A stretch of DNA of 46,831 nt from positions 1 through 46,831 of the forward strand of contig JAZDDD010000466.1 in NCBI GenBank assembly GCA_036679545.1, in the 5' to 3' direction. The translations under genes and the position numbers were made by a program. This document shows, one piece after another, positions 9,539 through 18,913 of this stretch (positions are counted from its first letter, which is position 1; each line of letters begins with the position of its first letter). A model generated the notes under the pieces. It was given only the letters and a program-made list of their open reading frames with translations. It made no database searches and was not told the DNA's origin. Source of the stretch: Gemmatimonadota bacterium. GTDB taxonomy: Bacteria; Gemmatimonadota; Gemmatimonadetes; Gemmatimonadales; GWC2-71-9.

Positions 9539-11248
9539 TTAGTTCGCGCACGACAGCTGTTGGCGGACCTGGGGAATCACCTGCTCATACGCGGGATACT
9601 GTGTCCCGAGAAACTGCTCCGCGGTGACCTCGGATAACCCGCGACCAGCTTCCATGGCCGCTCTACCACGAGCAACATGACGCTCGTACATCGAGACCGC
9701 CTCACAGCTGTTGGCTTCCTGCACTTCGGAAAACAGATCTGAGAGATAGAAAATCGTGACGAAGCCGAGGAAGAATTGGGCCCGCTCGCGAATGGCCTGC
9801 CGCACCGGATATTCCAAGCCTTTTGACAACCAATCTGCCGCCCACCTCGGATTGCCGTTGGCCTGCAACTGCGCCATTCGCAAACCTGGGGTAACGTATA
9901 GACCGCCCACGCTGGCCGAGACACGCTCGTTAGACGACCTGCCCGCCACGGCGGTCAGGATCGAGTCAATCTCCATTGTGAGCGCGGTATCGAGCGGTAT
10001 TGTGGAATCAATGACTAGCTCGCCGATCAACACCTGGGCAACGGAAAGCCCTGCTTGCGTGTTTTCTGGTTCAATCGCAAGAATACGGCGGTTGATGATC
10101 ATCGCCGAATCGCTCAACCCAACACCGACCAATTGCAACGCGTGCGCGGTCAGATAGGAAACACGGTCGGAGAATTGGGAAACGGCGATGCCCGTCCATT
10201 TCAGCGAGCCCGTTGTATCTCCAGCGAAATCGGCCGCACCAATCACGCCAGCCAAGAACGTGGTATCACTCGCCAAGTCGGGATTTATCTCGTACCGGCG
10301 TTCGTACGCTTCAAACACGCAGTCGAACCGGTTATCCGCAACACAGATCCCGGTTTTGACCAGCATAAGTCTGTCTTCCGCCTCACCATCCAACAGGCCC
10401 TGCGCCTCGTCCAGTAAGACAATGGCGCTATCGACAAGGTTTGACTCAGCATACATCCGCGCCACCGTCTCGCGCTGTTCAACGTCGGTGGGATTGGCGT
10501 TCAGCTGAGCATGGAAGGTCCGGATTGCGCCTAACGTGTCACCTTTGGCAAGAAAAAGCTGGCTGGTACGTCTGGAACAACGATCATTCTGCGGGTCCCC
10601 GGCCGTACACGTTTGGTACGCCCAGATCAGACTGTCCTCAGGTTGGCCCGGGTGATTTGGGTAAAGTGTAAACGCCCGATTGGCCCGCTCGCGGGCACCA
10701 CGAAAGTCACTGCGGTCGCGCCGGTCGTTGCACTGCTGAACCTCACGGGCCGCCCGCACCTGACTTCTCAAGGTGTCGGCGACGAAATTCGCGAAATCAC
10801 TGGCATCAATCCCGGGCTCGCCAGTGAGTTCCATGACACCACCAAGACCGGAGCGCCCAAAATCCACCAACCGCATTTTCACCCGCGGGGCCGCGCCACC
10901 GTGAAATCGTCCGCTGATGTAGGAATCGGCAGAGACGAAACGTGCGAGCTGTTCAGTTGACGTTTCATCAAGGATCGTCGCACATCCAAAACCGGATGCC
11001 TCCAACGCCTCGCAATAGCGCTCATTGGTCACCACCCGCATTTGGTTGCGGACACGCCCGGCGAGACGGTCACGCAATTCCGCGGCAAACTCGATTACAA
11101 AGGCCGAGTCGGCAAGATTCTCCGGCCACGGCGGTGCGATGAGTATCTGCTTCAGATTTTGCTGGTTCCGGCGCCGCTGTGCCTCCGCCGCATGGGGCAG
11201 CAATGCCACTACAGTAGCCAAGACGACAGTTAACTTTAACAAAGACAT
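9539..11248 (-). CDS. secreted hypothetical protein with TPR-like helical repeats
   Basis: The long ORF is 9539..11299 with a TTG start. The internal ATG at 11248 gives a clean signal peptide MSLLKLTVVLATVVALLPHAAEA-Q. The rest is helical-repeat-like. No catalytic motif recognised. Confidence 0.55.
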   Translation of the reverse strand: MSLLKLTVVLATVVALLPHAAEAQRRRNQQNLKQILIAPPWPENLADSAFVIEFAAELRDRLAGRVRNQMRVVTNERYCEALEASGFGCATILDETSTEQLARFVSADSYISGRFHGGAAPRVKMRLVDFGRSGLGGVMELTGEPGIDASDFANFVADTLRSQVRAAREVQQCNDRRDRSDFRGARERANRAFTLYPNHPGQPEDSLIWAYQTCTAGDPQNDRCSRRTSQLFLAKGDTLGAIRTFHAQLNANPTDVEQRETVARMYAESNLVDSAIVLLDEAQGLLDGEAEDRLMLVKTGICVADNRFDCVFEAYERRYEINPDLASDTTFLAGVIGAADFAGDTTGSLKWTGIAVSQFSDRVSYLTAHALQLVGVGLSDSAMIINRRILAIEPENTQAGLSVAQVLIGELVIDSTIPLDTALTMEIDSILTAVAGRSSNERVSASVGGLYVTPGLRMAQLQANGNPRWAADWLSKGLEYPVRQAIRERAQFFLGFVTIFYLSDLFSEVQEANSCEAVSMYERHVARGRAAMEAGRGLSEVTAEQFLGTQYPAYEQVIPQVRQQLSCAN

Positions 11249-11336
11249 AAACTTACGCACGATCTGACCTCCAGCCTTTAGCTCTTGTGCAAAGCTCAAA
11301 GAGTGGGATGAAAAGCTTCATTATAAAGTACCCCAA

Positions 11337-11411
11337 TGGGCGAAGAGGGATTCGAACCCCCGACTTCCTGCTTGTAAGGCAGGCGCTCTAAACCAACTGA
11401 GCTATTCGCCC
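11337..11411 (-). tRNA. tRNA-Val (anticodon TAC)
   Basis: Minus-strand read GGGCGAA TA GCTC AGTTGGTTTA GAGC G CCTGC CTTACAA GCAGG AAGTC GGGGG TTCGAAT CCCTC TTCGCCC A is 75 nt. CCA is not encoded. The 76-aa ORF 11296..11526 overlapping it is spurious. Confidence 0.93.
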
Positions 11412-11422
11412 GCGCCGTCACC

Positions 11423-11602
11423 TTACAACGCCAAACCCACTGGGAATAGAACACAGTAGCCAAGCACCAGCAGCACAGGTGCCAGACCCGTCGATCCGGC
11501 CGCCAGTAGCAAGTATCCGGCGACAAGGGCTAGGACAGCGCCGCCCAAGAAGGCGTAGTTTTTTGGACCGAACTGCAAGCGGGCCGAGGAGTTTCCGGTC
11601 AT
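11423..11602 (-). CDS. 59-aa two-TM small membrane protein (DUF3098-like pattern)
   Basis: Below the ORF-track length cutoff. Hand translation: MTGNSSARLQFGPKNYAFLGGAVLALVAGYLLLAAGSTGLAPVLLVLGYCVLFPVGLAL*. It has two hydrophobic helices and G/C-rich third codon positions like neighbouring genes. The FG(P/K)KNY...G......G(Y/F).L motif recalls DUF3098. No clear SD. Confidence 0.45.
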   Translation of the reverse strand: MTGNSSARLQFGPKNYAFLGGAVLALVAGYLLLAAGSTGLAPVLLVLGYCVLFPVGLAL

Positions 11603-11636
11603 GGGTGTGAGAGCCTAATCGTCTACGCCGAAGTCG

Positions 11637-12431
11637 TCAAGAAGTCGCGCCCGGTTCTTTTGGAACGATCCAGCTTTCATCGAGAGCCTCCTTGCGCGCA
11701 CTGTTCGCCTTTCGCCGCCGAAACCACACCAGTACCACGGCGCCACCCACCACACTCCAAAACATGCTAAACGATGTTGCCATGACAAGCCAACCATAGC
11801 GGCTACGGACATCCTTCCGCCACATCTCCTCAAACCCCTCCAAGGTGACATGGTATGTCGCGCGGAGCGCCCCGTCAAAGTCACCGGTGCTGCCGAGTCG
11901 GGTCACGAGCGGTTCCAATCCGCGGTCTCCGCCAAGTCGCTCCAACATCAACACGGCCGACGTGGCAAACGCGTAAGCGGCGTCCGCACGCGCCGTCCCG
12001 AGTCGTAAATCTCGGCTAACCCCTTCCAGGAGGGGGGCCCTGCCCCGCACCAACGACCAATTGATGCGTAAGGCATCGAGACGCTTCCATTCCCCCGCAG
12101 CCCGACTGGCATACCCCTCGTCAAACCATCTCGGGACAAACCGGACGTGACGTCGCAACGCGAGATGCGCCAATTCGTGCACCAATACTTGACGCATATC
12201 AGGCCCGAAAACGAGAACGATCGTGTTGGTTGCCGGAAACGCCGCACCGGCACCCCATCCGGGCAGCCGGCCGCCTGTGATCGAATCGAAGACATGGGCA
12301 CTGGGCGCGAGGATAAGCCGAATTCGGTAGTCCGAGGGGTCGGTGAGACCGGGCCATTGGTGCTCTGCGTCGGCCATCCGGGCCAAAGCCGCCGCTGGAC
12401 CGGCATGTTGCGGCCAGTAGACCGCTGTCAC
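11637..12431 (-). CDS. putative zinc metallopeptidase (HExxH, peptidase-MA-like) with C-terminal TM helix
   Basis: VHELAHLAL plus the downstream WFDEGYA (gluzincin-like third ligand). C-terminal TM YGWLVMATSFSMFWSVVGGAVVLVWF. The reading frame is open and hydrophobic for 22 more codons upstream (to 12497) but holds no canonical start there. Confidence 0.6.
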   Translation of the reverse strand: MTAVYWPQHAGPAAALARMADAEHQWPGLTDPSDYRIRLILAPSAHVFDSITGGRLPGWGAGAAFPATNTIVLVFGPDMRQVLVHELAHLALRRHVRFVPRWFDEGYASRAAGEWKRLDALRINWSLVRGRAPLLEGVSRDLRLGTARADAAYAFATSAVLMLERLGGDRGLEPLVTRLGSTGDFDGALRATYHVTLEGFEEMWRKDVRSRYGWLVMATSFSMFWSVVGGAVVLVWFRRRKANSARKEALDESWIVPKEPGATS

Positions 12432-12487
12432 TCGCCCGACTTGAACGGTCTGCGGTCCCTGTATGAGAAGGGCGACAAAAAGGGCGG

Positions 12488-13345
12488 TTACGACAGGTCA
12501 GGCTCCTGGCCATCGGAGATTGATTGGAGCGTTTCTTTGCATCGTTCTCCCCACGGGCTAAACGCGTTTGCGCTGACACCGCGTTGCCAGGCGTCCAGTG
12601 CGCCTTCGCGGTTGTTGGCAAGCCATTTCGCTTTGCCCAAGTGGTAAAAGGCTTCGATCATCATGGGTGCACGTTCAATAGCCTTGTCGAAGAACGTCTC
12701 CGCATCTTCGAACATCTCGCGTTCGAAATACACCAACCCAAGATAAAAGTGCGCATACAACGTTGCCTTCTGATCGTTGTCGAGTCGGATGGCCTTTGAC
12801 AGATGTTCGATCGCTTCGCCAAAAATTCGTTTCTTGAGGCAAATGTATCCCACGTTCACACGAGCCATCGAGTTGGCAGGTTCCTTCAACAACACTTGTT
12901 GAAATGTGGCGAGTGCTTCGTCGTGGTCACCGTTTTTCATTTGCGCAGAACCGAGTTGCGTTTCGGCCTTCACGTCGCCGGGTGACAACTCGAGCGCCTT
13001 TGTGGTTGCTTGAATCGCGCCCACAAAATCACCGAGGTTCATCAGGTTCCAACCCTTCTCGATGAACGTGGATGCGCCGAGGTGATCGGCAACCATGGGA
13101 CTGGCAGCCGGCGGTTGTGCATCACCGTTGTCCGTTTCTGCCAACTCCTTGTATTCATCCACCAACACACGGATGTGTTCCTTGAATTCCGTGAGGTCGT
13201 CAATGCGTTGATCGACGCTTTTGAAGAGTGCAACGATATCTTGTTTGACTTCCGCGCGTTCGGTGCCTTTTGGCTTGGCTTTTAGCCGTCCGGCAATTCG
13301 TTTGTATTGACTGCGGAGTTCCGCGATCTCCGATTGTTCACTCAT
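12488..13345 (-). CDS. TPR-repeat protein with N-terminal coiled coil (last gene of the Che/Mgl operon)
   Basis: 285 aa. The N-terminal ~80 aa are charged and helical, followed by TPR-like repeats (ALELSPGDVKAETQLGSAQMKNGDHDEALATFQQVL...). Overlaps the upstream cheW stop by 8 nt. Confidence 0.8.
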   Translation of the reverse strand: MSEQSEIAELRSQYKRIAGRLKAKPKGTERAEVKQDIVALFKSVDQRIDDLTEFKEHIRVLVDEYKELAETDNGDAQPPAASPMVADHLGASTFIEKGWNLMNLGDFVGAIQATTKALELSPGDVKAETQLGSAQMKNGDHDEALATFQQVLLKEPANSMARVNVGYICLKKRIFGEAIEHLSKAIRLDNDQKATLYAHFYLGLVYFEREMFEDAETFFDKAIERAPMMIEAFYHLGKAKWLANNREGALDAWQRGVSANAFSPWGERCKETLQSISDGQEPDLS

Positions 13346-13829
13346 CCAAGACTCCGATCTCGACTGAACGCAATGACAGCGGTTCGGTGGACGTAATCAG
13401 TTTCGAGATTGCCAACACAATAATCGGTGCGGTCTGCTTTGCCACGATACCGGCCACGTAGTCGGCGGCCAGGCCACGCACGACCGGTGGCGGCACAGCA
13501 ATGGCGCTTGCCGACACGGTTTGCAACGACAACGCTGCATCGACAATCAAGCCTACGTTACCAAAACCGCCGGTGACAACGATGATACGCAAATCGTCTC
13601 CCGACAGCGCCGATACGGCAAACCGTTTGCGCAGATCCAACACGGGGATCATTTCGTCCCCGAAGGGCATCATGCCCTCGAAATAATCCGATGATTTGGG
13701 AAGGGCCGTGACGGGTTGGTACCGTATTACACGTTCGACATCCAAGACGTTGAGTGCAAAAATCTGATCCGCCACCCGGAACGTCACAAGCTGGATCCTG
13801 TCCGCACCCGTGTCACCCAACGCGTTCAT
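13338..13829 (-). CDS. cheW: CheW-like coupling protein
   Basis: 163 aa. CheW-domain pattern IQLVTFRVADQIFALNVLDVERVIRYQPVTALP...EGMMPFGDEMIPVLDLRKRF...IIVV...GLIVDAA. ATGA overlap with the upstream cheW. Confidence 0.85.
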   Translation of the reverse strand: MNALGDTGADRIQLVTFRVADQIFALNVLDVERVIRYQPVTALPKSSDYFEGMMPFGDEMIPVLDLRKRFAVSALSGDDLRIIVVTGGFGNVGLIVDAALSLQTVSASAIAVPPPVVRGLAADYVAGIVAKQTAPIIVLAISKLITSTEPLSLRSVEIGVLDE

Positions 13830-14266
13830 GACGCCACCGCTTGCGTATCATCGAGTTGCGCCACGACCGAATGGGTATCCAGGACGGGCAGCGCATGTTC
13901 TTCGTAGGCACCGGTTCCCAGCAACCAACGGCTCCGTGCATCGTTGCGCAACTCGCCAACAAGGACAATGACCTCCACCACATCATCCACCTCGAGCGCC
14001 ACAGGCGTGTTGGCGGATCGTATGACAACTACGGTCGTACTGCCGGCGTTTTCGGCTCCATCGGATGCAACGATACGCGACAACGGGACGACCGCCACCA
14101 CACCGCGTTCGTAACGCACCACGCCTCGGACAGACGGGGCAACACCTGGAACAGGTGTGATTACCACATTGTCAAGCACTTCGATCACGTCGCGCACCGG
14201 CAATCCGTACGGACGACCGCCCACCAAGACGACGAGCACACTCGCACCGTCTAACGTTTGTTGCAA
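13826..14266 (-). CDS. cheW: CheW-like coupling protein (divergent)
   Basis: 146 aa. VLVVLVGGRPYGLPVRDVIEVLDNVVITPVPGVAPSVRGVVRYERGVVAVVPL...VALEVDDV matches the CheW fold pattern. TTG start 1 nt after the upstream stop. Confidence 0.75.
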   Translation of the reverse strand: MQQTLDGASVLVVLVGGRPYGLPVRDVIEVLDNVVITPVPGVAPSVRGVVRYERGVVAVVPLSRIVASDGAENAGSTTVVVIRSANTPVALEVDDVVEVIVLVGELRNDARSRWLLGTGAYEEHALPVLDTHSVVAQLDDTQAVAS

Positions 14267-14267
14267 T

Positions 14268-15890
14268 TCAACCCCGTAACGCGTTCATGGTTTCGAGATT
14301 TGTTCTGGCGAGTTGATGTTGGGGATTTCGACGCAACGCCTGCTCCCACATATATGCTGCCCGGTCTTGATCCCGATTCTTATACGCGATGTTGCCGAGT
14401 TTGAAGTATACGTCATCGCCCAACTCCGGATCGATCTCAACGGCGCGTTCGTAGGACTCCCACGCGTCTTCGAACCGCCCGTGGCGATAAAGAATATCCC
14501 CCAAATTTTTTGAAAGCTGTGGCAGGACCAAACCCTCAGAAATTGCGGCTCGCAACTCGTTTTCCGCTTGTTCCAGCTCCCCACGCAGCTCGAGAATCAC
14601 CGCAAAATTGTTTCGTAACACGGCACTGCGCGGATACAATTTCAGACCTTCGTTGGCGTACCCTTCCGCCGTAACGAGATCATTGCGGGCAGCGTGTGAC
14701 AAACACATGGCCCAATACCAAATCTCACTGAGCCGTCGTTCGCCCGCGGTTTCTTTGGCCGACTGCAAGCGGGTCTCGGCGACTTCGAATTTGCGTTGCC
14801 GTAACGCGATGGCACCCCAACCCGTCAGGAACCGGTGGTCGGTGCCACCGTTGGATGCCGCTTCGCCGTAGGTAGTTTCCGCCTCATCAAATTTGCCGAG
14901 CTGTTCTAAACAAAAGGCGACATTGTACTTCACCGCCGGTGAGTCACCGCCAAGCGTTAACACACGTTGAAAAACTTCCAGCGCTTCATGCCACTCTTGC
15001 CGTTGCAGGCTGACCAGGCCGAGGTGAAAATGGGCTTCGGCGGCTTTGGGATCGAGATCGACGACGCGACGAAACTCACGGGCCGCTTCATCGAGCATAC
15101 CGGTCCGGTAAAACGCTACACCAAGATTTCGGTGCTCCTCGATCTTGGCGTCTGTGGCCACCGTTTTGGTTGCGGTCTCACTCACGCGAGAACGATGAAC
15201 GAACCCCGCCGTGATCAGGCCGTAAAGCGCCTTGCCGACGTCAAATTCGCTCAAACCCGCGCGCTCGACCACCGTGGCGACTGACCGATCTCCATCAATG
15301 AGTGGGATGATGATCCGCTGAGGTTCTGTCAGTTCCACATCAGAGTTGTCCAAGCGCGACCGATCAAGAGTAAACACCAAATCGAACGATGTGATCTTTT
15401 TCTCAATGAGACTCCACTCGTCAATCCGGCGTGCGCCTTCCAGCAGTAACGTCTCCGGGTTAATCGACAACAGAAAATCCTGTCGTTCCGGCCGAATATC
15501 GACTTCAAAATGAAAACTGCCACGTGTCCACGTGAAGAGGTGGTAGATCGCCTCCTCGACTTGTACACGCATGTAACGTTGCAGCTCTTCGGATGAAATA
15601 GCGTCCAACTCAACAAGGATTTCACCGAGCTTCTTGTCACGATCAGAATCTTGTTGTGCGACGGCGTCATCGAGCTGCTCTTTGTTGACCTTGCCGCTGT
15701 TGAGCAGGATATCACCGAGGCGGTCACGTCTGTTGACGATGGCGGCGTACGTAATGCGACCTTGGTCAAAGTAGACGTATCCAAGATTTGTTCGGTCAGT
15801 CAACGAAAGGCAACCGGTCTTTTGCCCCAACGAAAGGAGTTGGAGCACGTCGGGCAGCGAAGCTTCCTTAAGACTTCCTTTGATGGCCAT
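14268..15890 (-). CDS. PATAN (DUF4388) domain protein with C-terminal TPR array
   Basis: 540 aa. N-terminus [30 protein letters not shown]...YVYFDQGRITYA...LGDILL..G.V is the DUF4388/PATAN signature. A helical insertion, a middle region (EGARRIDEWS...LIDGDRSV..SEFDVGKALYGLI) and ~6 TPRs follow. It is a paralogue of 20036..21178. Confidence 0.85.
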   Translation of the reverse strand: MAIKGSLKEASLPDVLQLLSLGQKTGCLSLTDRTNLGYVYFDQGRITYAAIVNRRDRLGDILLNSGKVNKEQLDDAVAQQDSDRDKKLGEILVELDAISSEELQRYMRVQVEEAIYHLFTWTRGSFHFEVDIRPERQDFLLSINPETLLLEGARRIDEWSLIEKKITSFDLVFTLDRSRLDNSDVELTEPQRIIIPLIDGDRSVATVVERAGLSEFDVGKALYGLITAGFVHRSRVSETATKTVATDAKIEEHRNLGVAFYRTGMLDEAAREFRRVVDLDPKAAEAHFHLGLVSLQRQEWHEALEVFQRVLTLGGDSPAVKYNVAFCLEQLGKFDEAETTYGEAASNGGTDHRFLTGWGAIALRQRKFEVAETRLQSAKETAGERRLSEIWYWAMCLSHAARNDLVTAEGYANEGLKLYPRSAVLRNNFAVILELRGELEQAENELRAAISEGLVLPQLSKNLGDILYRHGRFEDAWESYERAVEIDPELGDDVYFKLGNIAYKNRDQDRAAYMWEQALRRNPQHQLARTNLETMNALRG

Positions 15891-17845
15891 CAGCCCATTT
15901 CCCCAATGATGTAATCAACCGGATCGGGCCATTTCCACACGACTTTTTCTGCGGTTTCAATACCACCTGACGGAGACATCACCACACCACTCGGCCGACC
16001 ACGCGCAACGGCCGCAGACTCCCGCAATGCCGTTGCACCCACAACGTCCTTGGCAGACTCTAACGTGGGTGTCTGACCACGTGCGTCGGCGGACGTGATC
16101 ACCCGTTGCCCGAGGGCTAAGACCGACCGGACCGATTCGGCACGTTGATCTGCCAGATAGTCGACCACGGCTTCCTCCACCGCGTCGGTGATACGTTCCT
16201 CAAACTGACGCGTTAGGACCATCTTGCGAAGTTCGTAATCGGGCGGTTTGAGCGTTGCAAGCAACCCTCCCTCCAACCTGGAAACCAGACGATCGTCCAG
16301 ACCTCGAATCTCGCGTGGACGACGAGAAGACGTGAACACGAGTTGTCGTTCGGATTCCAACAATACGTTGAACAAGAAGAAAATCTCTTCTTGTATTCGG
16401 TCTTGACCTCCGATGAGGTCGATATTGTCGAGCAAGAACGCAGACGCGCGGCGATAGCGTGCTCGCCATGAGGGGACCCGATTCTCGTCAATGGCCGTGA
16501 CAAGCTCGTCCATGAACACTTGGGCCGAAGTACACGCAATCCAACCGCGGTCCGGAAGCTCCAAGCCCCGGCCAATCCCGTGTAGTAGATGTGTTTTCCC
16601 CACACCCGACGGACCGATAATCACGAGTGGGTTGTACTGCGTCCCCGGTGCGGCCAAAACCGATTCTGCCGCACTCAAGGCCATCTTTGTCGATCGACTT
16701 CTGAGAAACGTATCGATCGAAAAAGACTTTGATGGCCCGGGCGGCGGTTCAAAGTCTTCCTGCGCGCGCTCGACCACAAGACGGGCCTCTTCGACACGCT
16801 CCGGGTCACGAAAGACCGGATCACCGGCCCGCTCCGGGTTACACTCAGCCACGGCGGCTTGCAACGTGAGTAACTCCGTCACGGCGTCTTCGTAGCGACT
16901 CACGGCATCGGCTGCCTCGGCGGCGACACCACCGTCCAGAGCACGCTCTAGCCGTGCCGTGTTGTAACCACGCCGTGACCAACGATCGACCACATCACGC
17001 AGATTTTGTTGCCACACATCGACCTGTTCGGTCACGGCGGCGGTCACGCCACTCAAAAAAGCGCCGAACTCATCCGCCGACCCAAACACGCCACTGGACC
17101 GACTGAGCGCCAACGCTTCGTCCGCATCGCCGCCACTCAAAACGGCCCTTCCCGCAGCGAGGGTCAAGGGGACATCACTCACCGTTTGAAACGCAATGAT
17201 GCGATTCAGATTGCCCAGCAATTCTCGGACATTTTCCGCGTCGCGTTCAGCGATCATCGCAAGAAGCTCGGCTCCCAGTTCCGCACCTCGCTCGTAGGCA
17301 CGTTGGCGCAGAATAGCTAATCGGTTGTCGAAATCAGGCGGTGCGATATCCACCACGAGACCGCCATCGATCTTCTGCAACATACGATCGTCGAGTTCGG
17401 ATAATTCGGGAGGCGGTTGGTCGCTTGTGAGCACGACCTGTACGCCGGAATCTGCCAGATCTGCAACGAACCGCAAAAGTTCATCCTGCACCTCCGGCCG
17501 CCGGGCAACGAACTGAACGTCGTCGATCAAAACGAGATCGGACGTCAGATACCGCTCGCGGAACGATTCGAGCAATTGCTGACTTGCCGCGGCGCGGTAC
17601 GCCTCCACGAAGTCATCGAGTGTCAGATAGTGCACCACACGGTTCGGATCCACCGATAACGTTTCGTGACCAACGGCCATCAACAGATGTGTTTTGCCAA
17701 GTCCGGTGCCACTGTGTAGAAACAGCGGGTTGTGTACCGACCCGGGTTCTTCGGCGACGGCATGGGCGGCGGTGACGGCAACACGGTTGCCATCTCCGAT
17801 CACAAACGTTTCAAACGTATAGCGTGGATTGAACTCCGAACTCAT
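15890..17845 (-). CDS. tandem DnaA/Hda-type AAA+ ATPase (two domain-III modules, no DNA-binding domain IV)
   Basis: 651 aa. Module 1: [74 protein letters not shown]. Module 2: [80 protein letters not shown]. No DnaA domain I or IV. ATGA overlap with the mglA stop. Confidence 0.85.
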   Translation of the reverse strand: MSSEFNPRYTFETFVIGDGNRVAVTAAHAVAEEPGSVHNPLFLHSGTGLGKTHLLMAVGHETLSVDPNRVVHYLTLDDFVEAYRAAASQQLLESFRERYLTSDLVLIDDVQFVARRPEVQDELLRFVADLADSGVQVVLTSDQPPPELSELDDRMLQKIDGGLVVDIAPPDFDNRLAILRQRAYERGAELGAELLAMIAERDAENVRELLGNLNRIIAFQTVSDVPLTLAAGRAVLSGGDADEALALSRSSGVFGSADEFGAFLSGVTAAVTEQVDVWQQNLRDVVDRWSRRGYNTARLERALDGGVAAEAADAVSRYEDAVTELLTLQAAVAECNPERAGDPVFRDPERVEEARLVVERAQEDFEPPPGPSKSFSIDTFLRSRSTKMALSAAESVLAAPGTQYNPLVIIGPSGVGKTHLLHGIGRGLELPDRGWIACTSAQVFMDELVTAIDENRVPSWRARYRRASAFLLDNIDLIGGQDRIQEEIFFLFNVLLESERQLVFTSSRRPREIRGLDDRLVSRLEGGLLATLKPPDYELRKMVLTRQFEERITDAVEEAVVDYLADQRAESVRSVLALGQRVITSADARGQTPTLESAKDVVGATALRESAAVARGRPSGVVMSPSGGIETAEKVVWKWPDPVDYIIGEMG

Positions 17846-18441
17846 CCGGGCGGCGCCTCGCTCAACTTCCTCAATACCATTTCTGAAATCGCCTTCAGTG
17901 TCTCAAAAACGCCGGTGCCATCCAACGCATCCGCGCCTATGTGTGGCACCCCGCGAAAATTTAATGCCTCATTCAGCTCGTCCGCCGTGAGGATCAATTC
18001 CTTTGGCAGACCCTGTTTGTTGTACTGGAAAACAATCGGCAATGTCCGCACGTCAACACCTTGCGCCAACAAATTCTCCTGAAGATTCTGCAAGCTTGTA
18101 AGATTTTCATCTAGCTGTCTAGCCTGGCTGTCCGCGACGAACACCACACCGTCGGCCCCCTGAAGCACCAGCTTTCGAGTCGCATTGTAGTATACCTGCC
18201 CTGGCACGGTGTATAACTGAAACCGTGTCGTGAAACCAGAAATTTTACCGAGTTCCAAGGGGAGGAAATCAAAAAACAACGTCCGATCTGATTGTGTTGC
18301 CAAAGAGACCATGCGTCCCCGCCGAGCCTCGGGCACTTTTTCGTATATGTACTGTAAATTCGTCGTTTTGCCGGAACGACCGGGCCCGTAGTACACAATC
18401 TTACACGTGATTTCACGCGTCGTGAAATTGATTAGCGACAT
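17842..18441 (-). CDS. mglA: MglA-family Ras-like small GTPase
   Basis: From ATG 18441: [33 protein letters not shown]...[14 protein letters not shown]...[13 protein letters not shown]...VFVADSQ...QYNKQ. It is colinear with Myxococcus xanthus MglA as I recall it (P-loop, switch regions, NKxD-like QYNK). The longer ORF to 18540 overlaps mglB and is Arg/Cys-rich junk. Confidence 0.93.
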   Translation of the reverse strand: MSLINFTTREITCKIVYYGPGRSGKTTNLQYIYEKVPEARRGRMVSLATQSDRTLFFDFLPLELGKISGFTTRFQLYTVPGQVYYNATRKLVLQGADGVVFVADSQARQLDENLTSLQNLQENLLAQGVDVRTLPIVFQYNKQGLPKELILTADELNEALNFRGVPHIGADALDGTGVFETLKAISEMVLRKLSEAPPG

Positions 18442-18442
18442 A

Positions 18443-18913
18443 TCAACCCTGAAAGAGCGACGCGAGACTCTCGTTGAGTTCGCGCTCAAAGTCAGCCGCC
18501 AACACGGGCTCGGATGACACCGGCGCCGGATTGGCTTCATTCAACTCGTTAACGAACTCCTCGAAAAACAGGTTAACCAAGCCTAAAGAGGATTCGCGTC
18601 CGTAAATGACGAGCAACACCATCGGTCCGGAAGGGCTCTCGAACGCCGATAAGAATACGCCGTGGGTTGGCCCCTGATGGTTTAACGTCGCGAATGACGG
18701 TTCGCGAAGCATCTTCGTGATTTCCGCCGTGGACGACACAATGGCCGCGCCGAGCGCAGCCGCCGCCATGACGTCCACCGCCCGTGTGAAACCATGCTGC
18801 GCAATTACTTGGCCCGTTGGGTTCATCAAGAGAGCCAACCGCGCCCCGGATTCGGATATGAACATCTCCATGGGTTTCTCAGCCCACGGATGCACCGCCC
18901 GGACCCCGCTCAC
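18443..18913 (-). CDS. mglB: MglB-like Roadblock/LC7 protein (putative MglA GAP)
   Basis: 156 aa with the Roadblock fold pattern. ...[26 protein letters not shown]... and the C-terminal tail [12 protein letters not shown] resemble M. xanthus MglB (...RTSLGLVRL..., ...DNLFSE). Lies directly upstream of mglA, as in mglBA. GTGA overlap with the upstream gene. Confidence 0.8.
   Translation of the reverse strand: MSGVRAVHPWAEKPMEMFISESGARLALLMNPTGQVIAQHGFTRAVDVMAAAALGAAIVSSTAEITKMLREPSFATLNHQGPTHGVFLSAFESPSGPMVLLVIYGRESSLGLVNLFFEEFVNELNEANPAPVSSEPVLAADFERELNESLASLFQG

Noticed and set aside
9408-11411. Possible genomic island: a single gene bracketed by tRNA-Asp and tRNA-Val
   Set aside because: There is no integrase, no recognisable att-like duplication of a tRNA 3' end that I could see, and no compositional break. 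The gene encodes an ordinary secreted helical-repeat protein.
11296-11526. 76-aa minus-strand ORF
   Set aside because: It reads straight through tRNA-Val (11337..11411). It is out of frame with the more convincing 59-aa membrane ORF at 11423..11602.
18442-18540. Upstream extensions of ORF-track models for mglA (to 18540), PATAN-TPR (to 21373), lspA (to 28767), hpt (to 41397), tilS (to 42772) and flavin reductase (from 42570)
   Set aside because: Each extension overlaps the well-supported neighbouring gene and has junk-like composition. In each case an internal ATG placed 1-20 nt from the neighbour's stop restores the canonical N-terminus (e.g. [21 protein letters not shown] for MglA).
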